Shown here one piece after another: positions 32,150 through 46,657 of a DNA stretch of 64,000 bases. Below the pieces are notes generated by a model. The model did no database searches. It saw only the letters and a program-made list of their open reading frames with translations, and was not told where the DNA came from. Position numbers and translations under genes: made by a program. Origin of the DNA: the human T2T-CHM13v2.0 reference genome, Homo sapiens; the NCBI RefSeq assembly GCF_009914755.1, contig NC_060926.1; one strand, written 5' to 3'. Positions within the stretch are counted from its first letter, which is position 1; each line of letters opens with the position of its first letter.

Positions 32150-33204
32150 TAACATTTGAAATAAAATTTTTCTGGGCCTGTTCATCTTAGCTGTCATGTG
32201 CCCCAGTTTTAATTTTCCTAGTCTTTTTACATCCCTAACTCAGTTGACGCTCTTACAAATAATTCCACCTCCCCCAAAATGACAAGTTGGGAATATGAAG
32301 AGCAGATTAGAGTAATAAGTATTTTCCATTTTGTATTTTAAGGAATATTTTAGTCTAATAACTTATCAGTTGAGACAGTGAGAATTATAATTAAAGTTAA
32401 ATAACATGATTTGGTACAACTTCCAATTTCCTAATTACCATTTCAAATAGCTAAATGAACCTCATAATGTCATATTCTAAAATCCACCAAACTCAGAACA
32501 CTTAAAATGTCAACAAAGGAGATAAGAAAAAAAATTTTTCTTACTGCTATCCATCTCTTCTATTTGACAGCACAAAAAGCATTTAAATATATTTTAAAAT
32601 ATACAGAGCCTGGGCTTTGAAATAATACAAGCCATGTCATCACATACAAATGTAAGCTATGTCGTAGTTTAGCACAGAAAGTGGTTGAATAAACCTCCTA
32701 TAGGATTGACAGTGTCATTCTTTCCTGGAGCCAGAAAGTTCAAACAAGATTTGGCCAAATTATTCTTTGAACTTTCAAGGACCTGTTCTGTTAGAATTTT
32801 CTGTACTGGGTAAGATGGAAATAAACTATTCATGCAACCTTTTTTTATATTTTTTAGGAAAGAATAAGAAAATGAAAAAAATCTAAAAATGTATGGGCAG
32901 ATTGTGTTTGGAAATGGTTTGGAGAAATAGAAAAAATTAAGGATATATAAAAAATATGCATAATACACTATGTGTTTCAACTTTCTTTTACTTATACAGA
33001 AAATTTGAAGAAACAATTACTGTCTTTTGTTTTTAAATTAGTTTCTGAGGGCCTTTCTGGTTAGTGTTGTTGTTTTTGTTAATAAGAGTCCTCAGGGAAG
33101 AAATACTTTGTATTAATGGATAAATATAATAATGTATACTAATATAAGCTTATTATGAGACAAATATTAGTCTTGTGGCTTATATATTTAACTTGTTTAA
33201 CGTA

Positions 33205-33360
33205 CACTGTGATCTATGAATTAGGTACTATTATTGATCTTGATTTTACAGAAAGAAAATTGAGGTCAAGGGGCATCAGCTACTAAACTCTGAAGGTGGC
33301 TTAGAAACCAGGTGATCTAGCTTGAGACACTGGGTTCTTAGCCATTAGTCTATACTGCCT
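33205..33360 (-). mobile_element. MIR fragment
   Basis: TAGGTACTATTATT...ATTTTACAGAAAGAAAATTGAGG matches the MIR core. Confidence 0.7.
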
Positions 33361-33508
33361 CTCAACATGTAACTATTTAAATATAATATGTGGATTTGTG
33401 AGTTTTTCACTTAAAATGACTTTTACTAGAAACATGAATTAATATATAGAAATTATTTAGATGTCTGCTGAACGATATTATAGCTACACACACAAAAAGA
33501 ATCCTTAA

Positions 33509-33809
<301 letters not shown>

Positions 33810-34282
33810 TGCATGTCAAGATAAAAATATTTTAGAAATATTTGGTTAATAAAATATATTATTATTTCTATAAATTCTGAAGGAATTTTTGTAGAATTGG
33901 CATTTTTTTTTTTTTTTTAATATTTGGAAGAATTTGCCAGAGAAGCCATCAGGCCTGGAGTTTTCTTTGTAGAAAGAAATCTGAAATTAAAGCATTAAAA
34001 ATTCAATTTGGATTGTTCAGGTATGGATATTTTTATTCAATCAACATTTCTCTGACTTTTAATTGGTATTTTTAGATCATTTACATTTAATGAGATTATT
34101 GATAGGGTTGGATGGAAATGTATTATTCTGCTATTTGTTTTCCTTATACCTGATCATTGTTTTCATTTTCTTCTTTTTCTGCCTTCTTTTGAGTACTTTT
34201 CATTATCTGATCATTTGATCTCCTTTATTGGCTTATTGGCTATAACTCTTAATTTTTTTCTTTTGCTTAGTGATTATGTTAG

Positions 34283-35366
34283 TGACACGAGAGGAGTTTT
34301 CCTTTATCTCCCTTGCAGGGTGTGCGACAGGGGTGTGGCTCGCTTCTTTCCTGCCCAGCTGCTCAAACCCCTAGGGGGAGCATGCTGGTGGGCTGGTTGT
34401 GGGGAGCATCTTTGGGCTCCAAACCATCACAGTATATAGGGTTGAGCTTTTACAACTCTGGAAGCCCCAGTGCAGGTGTGTTACAGTGTGCTCTTCCAGT
34501 TTTGTGTCTGCAGGCAGCTTGTGTTAATCAGCTCAATTAGACACTCTGCCTTTTCAGAAGGACATAGGACTTTCTGTATCACAGGGTTCTTGTCTTGGCG
34601 TACTGGAAATACTGGATCACAGGTGGGCTTGGAGAATGTGCAAGGTTTTATTGAGTGGTGGAAGTAGCTCTCAGCAGATCGTTGGGGAGCCAGAAGAGGG
34701 ATGGAGTGGAAAAGTGGTCTTCCCCTAAAGTTGGGCAACTCAGCACCCAGGCTTTCTTCCAACTGGCCTCAGTGGAATTCCTCTCAGGGTCCACGTCTTT
34801 TTTTTGTTTTGAGATGGAGTCGGTCACTCTGTCACCCAGGCTGGAGTACAGTGGCACAATCTCGGCTCACTGCAACCTCTGCCTTCCAAGTTGAAGCGAT
34901 TCTCCTGCCTCAGCCTCCCGAGTAGCTGGGATCACAGGCGTGTGCCACCATATCCGGCTAATTTTTGTATTTTTTTAGTAGAGATGGTGTTTCACCATGT
35001 TGGCCAGGCTGGTCTCGAACTCCTGACCTCAGATGATCTGCACGCCTCAGCCTCCCAAAGTTGGGGTCCACGTCATTCTGTGTCATTCTGCCCTCAATGG
35101 CCTGTGGGCGTCTGTAGCTGTGTTCTGCCGGTGTGTTCCTCTCGATGTTCAGCATTTGTGTGTGTGCCCACTAGGGTCTTGGGATTTTTATAGGCACAGG
35201 ATGGGGTGCATGGTGGGCTAGAGTGGTCCGGGAAAATGCAACATTTGGGCATGAAAACAGGAATGTCTGTCCTCACTTAGGTCCGTGGGCACAGACCCAA
35301 GGGTGGAGCCCTCACTAGGTACCCTGCCCTTCTCTACCCAGCACTCCCCTACCCCACCCTGTATCA
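34283..35366 (-). mobile_element. ERV1 solo LTR, LTR1 family
   Basis: Minus strand starts TGATACAGGG...GTGCTGGGTAGAGAAGGGC...GTGCCCACGGACCTAAGTGAGGACAG and ends GTGTCA; 4-bp TSD TTAG; TATAAAA at 35186-35192 and AATAAA at 34647-34652 (both minus). Confidence 0.88.
34798..35061 (-). mobile_element. 5'-truncated AluS(x) inside the LTR1
   Basis: Alu stops at CCCAAAGT; TSD GGGTCCACGTC at 34787-34797 and 35064-35074. Confidence 0.95.
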
Positions 35367-35731
35367 TTAGGGCTTATTGTGTATGCTTTTATCTTATTAC
35401 CATATACATTAAACTAATATGCCACTCTTGTATTTTGTAACAGCCTTATAAGAGTATACTTTGATTTCCTCTTGCTAGACTTGGTGAAGTTTTGATACAT
35501 TTTACATTTTCACATGTTATGAAACTCAGACTACATTGTTTCTGTTTTAAACAATTTTCTTTAAGAAATCTAAATAATGTCTTTTATATTTACCCCAATA
35601 GTTAAGTCTCATTTTCTTTATTCATTTGTATAGATCCTGATTTTGATCTGGTATTGCTTCCACCTGGAGAACTTCTTTTTACAGTTTTTATAGGGAAAGT
35701 TTTTCAGTAATGTAGCTCTGAAAAAATTTTC

Positions 35732-35754
35732 TGTGTGTGTGTGTGTGTGTGTGT
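35732..35754. repeat. (TG)n microsatellite
   Basis: Seen directly. Confidence 0.95.
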
Positions 35755-36594
35755 TTCCTGTGGCTACTTTTAAAATTGTCTTTTCTTCACTGGGCTTAAG
35801 TAATTAGTTGCAATGTCCCTTGGTGTAGTTTTCTTTATATTTCTTGTGTTTGGAGTTTGTTCTTTCTCTTGGAAATGTGACTTTATAGTTTTCGCCAAAA
35901 TTACAAAATTTGGAGCATTATTTCTGCAAAATTTTTTTCTGCACACCTCTTTCCTTCATTCAAGGAGCCAACTGTATATATATTAGGTTGCTTAAAGCTG
36001 TTCGTGGCCCCCACAGGCTTTGTTCTTTTTTTTCAGTCTTTTTTTTATCTTTTGTATTTAATTTTGAATTGTTTCTATGGTTATATCTATAAGTTCACTA
36101 ATCATTTTTTCCTGTAAGTCTTAATTTCCTCTTATTCTCATCCACTGTTAATATATTTTCTCAAACATCTAAAACATATACCATCACTCTTCATTTGTTT
36201 TTCTTTTTATTATTGTTCATATTTTTCTGCCTCTTTGTATGATTGACAATTTTTATTATATGGCAGATATTTTGAATTTTAGACTGTTGATTGGTAGACA
36301 GTTCTATATTCCTATGCATGTTCTTGAGTTCTATTCTTATATTTTTATTTTATCTTGTTTTTGGCCAGTAGTTTAAATTCATGTATGTAAAGTACAGGTT
36401 TCTGCTAAAATGCATGAGTATGTGTATATGTGTGTGTGTAAGAGAGAGAGAGAATAGGAGAAGAAAGAACAGCACAGAATGTGTGGGTGGATTATGTAAA
36501 GCTACTACATTTTTGCTTGTTATTTGTTGTTTCAGAAGCTCATATTATCCTCTATTTAAGTGTATGAAAGTGTATGAAAAACACAAGAGGATAT

Positions 36595-36780
36595 ATAGAA
36601 AGAGGAATGGGAGGAGAATGGAAGGAGAAGAGGGAGGGAGAGAGATAAAAAATGGAGAAGAAGAAGGAGGAGAAGGAGTAACAGGAAGAGAAGGAGAAGA
36701 AGAGGAAGAAAGGAGATGAGGAAACAGCATAGGTAAAGAAGAAGAGATAAAATAAGATATCAGAGAAGAAAGAAAGAATA
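36595..36780. repeat. GA-rich low-complexity tract
   Basis: Polypurine GAA/GGA-rich stretch. Confidence 0.9.
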
Positions 36781-37135
36781 ATATAATCAGGCTGGTTACA
36801 GCAGAAATAGAACTGAGATTGCATGCTTGCATCTCTTTAAGACACTGAGAACGTAATGTGTATATAGGTAAGGGGTTACCTGTATACACAGTTTGAAGTA
36901 AAAGAGGGTAACAGCAATCACAACTAATCTGCAATATGGTGAAATTGTGAGATTTAATGGAAGAAACATTTTTATATATAGGTTTTCTTTGCCGTATTAA
37001 GTGATATACGTAGATTAAAATTTTTAGCTGACATGAAGGGTATTAAAATGCTAAGATGAAAATCACAGCGGAATCCATATTTTTAGTGTATAGCTATATA
37101 TAATATCGGCCTTTTTGTTAATTGTGTTTTCAACA

Positions 37136-37214
37136 CAGACAGTCCCCGGGTTACAATGGTATCACTTATGATTTTTTGACTTTATGATGTTGCAAAAATG
37201 ATATGCATTCAGTA
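37136..37214. mobile_element. TcMar-Tigger (MER47/Tigger-like) terminal fragment
   Basis: CAGACAGTCCCCGGGTTACAATGG...TTTTTTGACTTTATGATG...GCATTCAGTA resembles a CpG-decayed Tigger terminus. Confidence 0.6.
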
Positions 37215-40200
37215 ATACATGTGTTAGACCTGAGACATCTAGTTATAAGCAGTAGAAATCTGTGTTAGTCTTGAGGCATCTAGCTGTGAGCAGCAGAAAT
37301 CTGTTTTAAACTTGCTTAGGCAAAGTGGAGACTTTAATATAATCATGGCTACCAAAAACTGTGGGCTCACATTCCTTACCAACTCGCCTACCCCTGGTCT
37401 GTGTTCCAATTTTGAAAATTCGAGCAGGTAACTATGTGACTTGGCTTGTGTTATATATGAAACTTCAACCATTATAGAAGCAAGAAGGTGAGGAATTAAG
37501 GTTGGCAAATTGTGAGTCACTTGTCCACTGATCATCACTGTTAAAGAAAATGTGGTTAAGCAAAGGGAGCTCTAATTAATTCACACTTTCAACCAGATGC
37601 TGTTACCAGAAATAAAAAGAAACAACATAAAATAATGATCTCCCCGTACTGTTTACCATTCACTTGTTGTTAAACAAGAATGGCTTCATTTCTTTCTATC
37701 TCTGACCAGAGCATTAAATAATTGATTATACTTTTACAACTTAGCATACATTTTTTTTCTGTAAAAAGAAATAAGAGCTCCAATTTCTATCATAAAAGCA
37801 AAAGAAATGATCAAATGAATTTAAAAAATATATTATGAGCAATTTAAAGGTAATGCAACATGGGGGGGGAAATAAACCAGTGTGGCACATTAAAGGAAAC
37901 CGTTCCCTTGCTTGGTCCTGTGGAGGATTTGAATCTCACCGTCTAAATTCTGAGCTCTCTTTAACCACGACTTAAGTGTTCATTGTTCATAGCATCTACA
38001 ATAAGAAAATATAGTTTATTTACACTACTTTCTCCTTTTAAAATCTGTTTTCTAGGGAGAAAAGGGATTCTTTTGTTGAATAAGAACATCTATCATAGTT
38101 TAAACATAATTCCAGGAATGACAGGTACCTTATTTAGATAAGGTGACACATTACAGCTTCCTTTCCCCCTCCTTTTTCTTATAGTGAGATCTATATGGAG
38201 ACAAAATTACTCCATCAGACCAACTAAGTATCAAAGTCAGGCCTCATCTTCTGAGTTTTATGTTTTGAATCCCCTTGAATTCATCTTCTAGCTATTTGAA
38301 GGACATTTGAAGTGGATTTCTGGTTTCTGTTGGTTACATTGAGTGATAATGCTGACTGAAATTATTTTTCGTAGAAAGGTTATTGGCAGGAACTGTAGTG
38401 CTTCTGAAATGCTGCTACAGGCTGTTAAGAATTGGATTAAAAAGGAATGAAATAGCTCTGAATGTCAGTGCTCACTATTTAAAATATAGTTTAAATCTTT
38501 CTTAAGTTCTAATTCATAATGAATTTCATCGACGTCATGGAAAAATTCCATTCCTGATGTTTTATACCCTGTATTGTGCCCTTATTTGCAGCAAAACCTC
38601 CAACATTTAATTAATTAATAAAATAGGATGTTTGTGAGCGTTTCTTTTCTTTGAATTCAATTGTTTGACTTGATGTGACTGTAAGAATTGAAAATAGTTG
38701 TTAGATAAATATATCACCATTTTAAGGTATAAAATAAAAACAAAAGTGATTCCTGGGACCATTGTAAAGGAAAAAAACATATAAATACTTATCACAGAAG
38801 ATTGCTTTATTTCCTACTGAAAATTGTGCACATGTATCACATTAGAGATAAACCCCATCTTTATGTTTAGATGTAGTAGTTGCCTATGTGATCTGATGTA
38901 GGGTTACAAGCAGATATGCCAGGTCTCAGAGGACAGTCTCACTGGACTGCCTCACTGCCACTGAATAAAGTCATTTCCTAATTCCTCTTAAAATGTATAT
39001 ATCTTGTATGGAAAGTGGGTATGGATTTTAATATAAAATACTTCAGATTTGCAAGGAACAGAGTATTGAAAGAATAGAAAACACACTACTGTTCAGTTTT
39101 TCTTTTAAACCATTGTATTATCATTATTCATAACAAGTATATATGCATGCAGATATATAAATTCAGGGAGAAAGCAAAGAAAAAAATAATCATCCATCTC
39201 CACTAGACAGGCTTAGCCATCATCAATATATTTGAATATCTTTGCCTTCAATCTTTACATTTTAACAAAAGCCCTTTGTGTAAAAAATGACACACTCAAA
39301 TAATGCAGTTTTCACATAACTCAAAAAATTATATAAAAAATACAAATCCTGCCATTCATAGATAAGCATCATTAATATTGGCTAAGAATGTTTGCAGAAA
39401 TATTTATCTTCATAGATAGAATACATACATTATAGAATGCATGGAGGAATAGAAAGATGGAGATATGAATAGATAAACTGCATATAAAACATATAGATAA
39501 CATTGAAATGGAGTAAATAGCTTGAGAAATAATCAAGAAACTCCAACTATGAAATTTGAGAGCTTTAATTATGACCTATAACTTTTTCCTCAATTATTCA
39601 CTAATATAGGTTATTATTTATGCACTGTTTTTAACATTTGTTTTCTGTCCTCTATGATTCTTACAAGTGGCTATTACTAATTCTATTTTTTAAATGAGTT
39701 AGTGTTCACTACTGGCCTATTAGCACGGCTTTCCCATTCCTCAATTTTTTATTTTTAGTAATCAGATAATTGCATAGATTTTGAAATTAATACCTACAAA
39801 ACATCTCATTTTTTTATTCCACCAGTTCATTCGTGTTTTGGAATGTCTACCTGTCGTCTTTTTATTTGTCAAAAACTGTGGCTTGTAGTGTACGTGGTTC
39901 AGGGTTTCACTGAAAACTTTATAGACTGTTCTGCCATCTTCTGGCATTAAACCTTGCTGTAGGTAATTTGGGGGTCAGTCTTACTTATTTTTTTCCTAAT
40001 AAAGCAATGCCCTTTCTGTCCTGATGATTGAAGAATTGTTTTCGTAATTAGAAAGTCCAATAAATTAATGAAGTTACATAACTCTTTTGAACACTTTTAA
40101 AATAAAAATTTTCTATAAAATCAGTCTTGCGTGAGATTCAATTATTTTTGCAGCTAGGAAAAAAATATAGAATTACAGCATTGACTTTATATATTTTCAA

Positions 40201-42038
40201 TGTTATGAATTGATTTTTTATTATTCTCACATTTAGAGGCATACATTATAGGGGTTTTTATTTTACGTGTTTCAGTCTCTTTCTGATTGCTTTTAACACA
40301 ACTTTATTCAGCATGTTATGATTACTCTAAGTCATCTTTTTTTTTGGTAATAACTTGATTTTTAGTGGTGCCTAATTAGTTCACTCCTGTTTTAATTTGT
40401 TTATTAATTCAAAATAACTTTTTGTCTATTTCATTATTAGGTCTTTAATTTCTTCTTTTATTTTCTATAACTCTTGTTATATTAAATTCAATATTTATTA
40501 ATATATTCTAAGATATAAAAATTATGACAAATTTCCTTTTATTCCATAAGATATATTTTTTCTAGGTTTTGAACTTTGCCTTTGACACATCGGTTGCATG
40601 TATTTAAGTAGTTACTCATTCTTTTAACTTTGGACATGCTTTCATGGCCTTGTGTTGACAGTATATTTACTCTGATGTAATATGGAGAATTTGATATTAT
40701 TTTCACTGAAAATAGTTTTTCTTTCCTGTTCAATGTAGAGATGAAGGCTAAATTTATATACATTGTCTTCACCTTTTTGTAACCTGATCTAATGATAAAT
40801 ATGGAAGTGAATGGAGGACTTGGGGAGAGAAAGGAACAAAATTCAGTAATTAATATAGATAATATTTTAAATAAAATTTAGTTTATTTGCTCTCCTTTGA
40901 GGTGTTGCATATCCCTTAACTGGATTCAGATCACCAAGTTCGTGTATAAATAGAATTCCCCAAGTGGGATGTCCTTGAGTTTTGAACCACCTCTATAGTT
41001 CAATGTGTAGAAACAGAGGCTTCAATTTTTTTTTTCCAATAGGTGAGTAAATCCTATTGTAGGTTCTTCTTTTTAGCTGGTTCTGCTTTATGGCAATTTT
41101 TTTTTACTACCACTAGATATGAAAAGGAAAAATAAATAAAAGGGTATTTAATCATATTTGTAGGTGATGCCAAAAGGTGTTCCAAAGAGATTACATGAAT
41201 TTCTACTCACACTAACACTCCATGAAAATTTATGTAGCCCCATATCAAGCCACACTCAGCATTTTCAGAGCTTTTATTTTGCAAATCTAATAGTTGTGCA
41301 GTGATACTACGTTGCAGTTTTCAAGTGTGCTTTTCTGGTTACTAATGAATTTGACAATATTTCATATGTTTATAGGCATTTGCAATTCCTCCTCTGTCAG
41401 AAATCTATTCCTAAATTTAACATGTTATTATATTTAGTTGCTTATAATTTTCTTATTTATGTGTTATACTTCACTATGTATTATGGACATAGACTACATT
41501 TTTTTCACTTTTCATAGTATTCTTTAATAAACAAAACTTTTAATTATAATATACTCAAATTTATCAAGATTGTGTTTATATATTTTTCCTTATGAATATT
41601 ATTTAATAAATTCTTTCATATTCTGATATTTTAAATATATTATCTTACAATATAATTCAATGTTTATACTCTCTTTTTTGCACTTAGGTAACTAATCAAC
41701 CTGAAATACAGTGTGAAATGAAAAATAATTTGGTTTTCTATGTTGGTATTATAGTGTGTGGAATTTTGGCTCCCAAAAAAGGATATGTGCAAATCCTAAT
41801 CCCTAGAACTTGTGAATATGACTTTATTGGAAAAGAAGGTATTTGCACATGTAATTAAGGATCAAGATTAAATTCAATAGCAAGCATCGTTACAAGAAAA
41901 GAGAAGGGGAGAGGACACACAGAGGGGAATGTTATGTGAAGACGGAGGCAGAAATTAGAGTTATGCTACCTGACCCAGACAACACCTGGAGCCATCAGAA
42001 ACTAGAAGAGGCACAGAAGTATTCTCCCATAGACCCTT

Positions 42039-42670
42039 TGTCAGAGGTGTTTGAGCCAGACTGAATTCATCCTGAATAAGAGCTGGGTAAAGTAAAGCTG
42101 AGACTAACTGGGCTGCATTCCCAGGATGTTAGGCATTCTCAGTTACAGGATGAGATAGGAGATTGGCACAAGATACAGGTCATAAAGTCTGCTGATAAAA
42201 CAGGGTGTGGTAAAGAAGCCAGCCAAAACCTATAAAAACCAAGATGGTGATGAAAGTGACCTCTGGCTGTCTTCACTGCTCATTATACACTAATTGTAAT
42301 ACATTGGCATGCTAAAAGACACTCCCACCAGCACCATGGCAGTTTACAAATGCCATGGTGAGTTCTAGAAGTTACCTTATATGGTCTAAAGGAGAGAGGA
42401 ACCCTTAGTTCAGGTAAATCCCCTCTCTTTTCCCGGAACACTGATGAATAAGCCACATCTTGCTAAGCATATAATCAAGAAATAACTATAAGTGTATTCA
42501 GTTAAGCAGCCCATGTTACTCCTCTGGCTATGGAGTAGCCCCTCTTTTTTTCCTTTACTTTCTTAATAAACTTGCTTTCACTTTACTCTATGGACACATC
42601 CTGAACTCTTTCTTGTGCAACATCCAAGAACCCTGTCTTGGGGTGTGGATCAGACCCCTTTCCAGTAACT
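42039..42670 (+). mobile_element. MER41B solo LTR (ERV1)
   Basis: TGTCAGAGG.GTTTGA start and GACCCCTTTCCAGTAAC end; 632 bp; carries the MER41B-type GAS-containing segment; 4-bp TSD CCTT at 42035-42038 and 42671-42674. Confidence 0.92.
42430..42438. promoter_or_regulatory. GAS (STAT1) motif in MER41B
   Basis: Perfect TTCCCGGAA at the position of the known MER41B STAT1 sites. Confidence 0.7.
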
Positions 42671-43674
42671 CCTTTGGAGGGAGTATGGCCCTGCTAGCAC
42701 GTTCCATCCTCCAGAATGAGAGAGAATAAATTTCTATTGTTTCAAGTGAACAAATTTATGTTTATTTCTTACTGCAGGTATAGGAAGCTAATAGCTAAAA
42801 AGCACCCAACACAATTGTTGAAAACTTCACCCTTTATTTATGTTTATCTACATCTATCAAATATCTGGTGTCCTTGTAAGCACGAATCTGTCTTTGCTCT
42901 GTCCAGCACTGCCTAGCCTGCCTGTCTCATCTAAGGATGATAAAAGGTAAGAAAACTATTATATGGGTCATAAGCCAGGATCATAAGTCCATGTAAAGAC
43001 TGAGATTTTCCTACCCCACACTTTAACACTACCTTAACAGGATCTCAGCATAATTACAGAGGATTTCAAGAGAAAGAGCTACAAGCAGACTTATGTGGGA
43101 GTTATTAGAGAAAACTCAAAAAACAGGGGAAACAAAAACAGTGACACACGAGGAAATTGAAGCCTCTCTGCATATAGCAAACATTAAATATAGCCTAACT
43201 CTTAGCCAAGTTAATGTAAAACTTTATAGTACAAGTCTATTCCATTTATTTGCCCGTTACTCAATGCACAGTGCTCAGGTTTTAACAAAAGTTTTCAAGG
43301 CATGCAAAAGGCAAAATATAGTTTGAAGAGAAAATGCAATGATCAGAAGCAGACGCATATATGACAGAAATGTTGGACTTATCAGAGAGAAATTTAAAAT
43401 AACTATGATTTAACATGTTAAGGGTTCTAATGGAAAGGCAAAATGCAACAACATGGGTAATGTAAATTGAGAGATGATAAGTCTGAGAGAATTCAAAAAG
43501 AACTTCTAGAAATCAAAAACACTGTAAAAGAGACAAGGACATAAGCTGTTGAAAACAGTATTGATGGGCCGTTATTAGACTGAACAAAGCCAATGAAAAA
43601 ATTAGTGAACTTGTCAAACTGAAATGCAAAGATAAAACAAACAAACAAACAACAAAATAATATTAAAACCCAGA

Positions 43675-44053
<379 letters not shown>

Positions 44054-44148
44054 TTACTCAAAATTAACGTCAGAGACGAGAACAAAGAATCAGGAATTTT
44101 ATAGAAATTCATGCGGGACACATTTTAAGAACATCCTACACCTATTCA

Positions 44149-44526
44149 CATGTCTTAGTCTTCTCAGGCTACTGTAACAAAATCCCATAGACTTGGTGGT
44201 TTAAAGAACAGAAATTTGTTTCTCACAGTTTGAGAGGTTGGAAGTCCAAGTTCAGGGTTCCGGTGAGGTGAGATTCTGGTGAGGGCTGTCTTCCTGGCCG
44301 GCAGAATTTGGTTCTCTTCTTGCTGTGTTCTCCCATGGTAGGGTGAGAGGCAGCAAGTTTTCTGTTGTTTTTTCTAGGAGGGCAATAATCCCATCGTAAG
44401 GGTCCTGCCTTCATGACCTCATCTAAACCTAATTATCTCTCAGGAGTTCCAACTCCAAATACCATCACACTGGGACTTAGGGATTCAACATATAAATTTT
44501 AGAGGGATACAATTCAGTCTGTAGCA
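44149..44526 (-). mobile_element. MLT1A-type LTR
   Basis: TGTCTTAGTC...GCTACTGTAACAAAATCCCATAGACT...CCTTCATGACCTCATCTAAACCTAATTA...ATTCAGTCTGTAGCA. Confidence 0.88.
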
Positions 44527-45150
44527 GCAGACCATTTTCAAACCACAGAAAACCAAAGACAAGGAAAAAAATCTTTAAAGGATTCGAGGTTGGGAGTGTG
44601 AGTCGCCATACCTAATGAATAAAAAGGTAAAAATTACAGTAGACTTTTTCTGAGAAGTCACGCTATCAAGAAGAAAGTGGAGTACAATATTTAAAGCCTT
44701 GAAAGAAAAAATAATAACAACATTAGGAATTTTATATCTAATGAAGTTACTCTTTAAAATGAAAGAAATAAAACTGTTCTCAAATAAACAAAAACTGAGA
44801 CAACTCATTCTCATTAGACCTGCCACACAAGAAATATTTAAAGCCCTCTGGTAGAATAAAAATGATGTAGGTGAGAAATTTGGACCTAAATAAAGAAAGA
44901 CTGTAAGTGAAGACATAAAGAAAAATAAAGTTTTTTTCCTTATTTTTAATTCTACATGGAAACTGTTTAAAATTATACTTTTAACAGTGTATTCAGTGCC
45001 AAAACACATGGGTAAGTAAAATGAATGGCAGTAATATCATAAGGAATAGGAGTGAGGAATTTGGAATACTCTTATAAGTTATCTGTACTACATGTGAAAT
45101 GTCAGATTTTAATTTGAAGGCAGGTTTAGATTAGTTAAAAATGTGTATTA

Positions 45151-45544
<394 letters not shown>

Positions 45545-46495
45545 TTAAAATAAGATAATGATGAAAAAGAGAAAAATTTTTCAAGAGCAATGAGTAAAAA
45601 CAGTTATATGCGTCATGGATATTATCCAACTATGCCCTTAGTTGCTTAATATGTGAAAGTTCTGAATATATCAAGTACAAAACAGAGATTGTCAGAGTGA
45701 ATATACGTTAAGGTAGCTATATGTTTTCTACAAAATCTCATTTTAAGTATAGAGACCTAGATAGCTTAAATAAAATGCATCTGGAAAGATATACCACATT
45801 CAAACTAGACAAAGCAGCTATATTATTTCCAATAAAGCAGAATTCAAAACAAGGAAAATTATCAAGGATAAAGAGGGGCATTATAAAATGGTATAGTTGT
45901 CAGTACTCTAAGATGGCATAATAATCCTTAATGTATTTGCACCGAATAATCGAATGTCAAAATATTTGAGGCAAAAACTGATAAAACTGCAAAAAGAATA
46001 GGTGGAGACTTCAACGACCCTCTTTCAGTAAGTGATAAATTAAGCAGGTAGAAAATCAGTAAGAATATAGTTCACCTTAACAGCACTATCGACCAACTTG
46101 ATCTAATTGACATTTTATAGAATACTTAAAACAACAGCAGAATAAACCATTTTCTCGAAGCTCTCATGGAACATTCACCCAGACAGACTGCAGTCTGGGC
46201 TATAGAGCACACCTTAACAAATTTAACATAACAGCATACAAAGTATGTTCTTCAACACAGTGGAATTACACTAGAGATCAATAACATAAAGATAGATGGA
46301 TATCCTAACATATTTTTAAATAGCATATAAATCAAAGAAGTCTTAAGATAAACTTTTAAAAAATTAGAACTAAACGAAAATTAAAAATTCAACTTTTCGA
46401 AGTGTTTGGATACAGCGAAAATAGTGCTTGGTGGGAAATTTATAACATAAAAAGCACATATTATCAGAGAAGAAAGATGTGTTTATCTAGTCAAC

Positions 46496-46657
46496 TTTTT
46501 TTTTAGATTCAGTGGGTACATGTGCAGGTATGTTACCTGCATAAATTGTGTGAAGTTGAGGTTTTGAGTATGAATAATTCTGTCACCCAGGTCTTGATCA
46601 TAGTACTCTATATAGTTAGTTTTTCATCCCTTGTCCCTATCCTCCCCTCCCCCCTCT
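46496..46657 (-). mobile_element. Short L1PA(old)/L1PB 3'-end insertion
   Basis: T-run followed by GGGTACATGTGCAGGT.TGTTAC...TGTCACCCAGGT...CCTCCCCTCCCC. Confidence 0.82.

Larger units (their letters stand above)
33880..36350 (-). mobile_element. Old L1M fragments (antisense), interrupted by the LTR1 element
   Basis: AGAATTTGCCAGAGAAGCCATCAGGCCTGGAGTTTTCTTTG and other T-rich antisense L1-like segments; boundaries approximate. Confidence 0.6.
41754..42793 (+). mobile_element. MLT1B/C LTR split by MER41B
   Basis: 5' part AAATCCTAATCCCTAGAACTTGTGAATATGAC...ATGTGAAGACGGAGGCAGA; resumes TGGAGGGAGTATGGCCCTGC...AATAAATTTCTATTGTTT. Confidence 0.85.
41150..42900 (-). mobile_element. Old L1ME-like antisense fragment hosting the MLT1/MER41B nest
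   Basis: TTACTAATGAATTTGAC...TTCATATGTTTATAGGCATTTG is typical of antisense L1 ORF2; L1-like sequence resumes after 42795. Confidence 0.55.

Noticed and set aside
36381-36934. Glu/Gly-rich and Ser/Phe-rich ORFs on both strands
   Set aside because: Translations of a GA-rich low-complexity tract.
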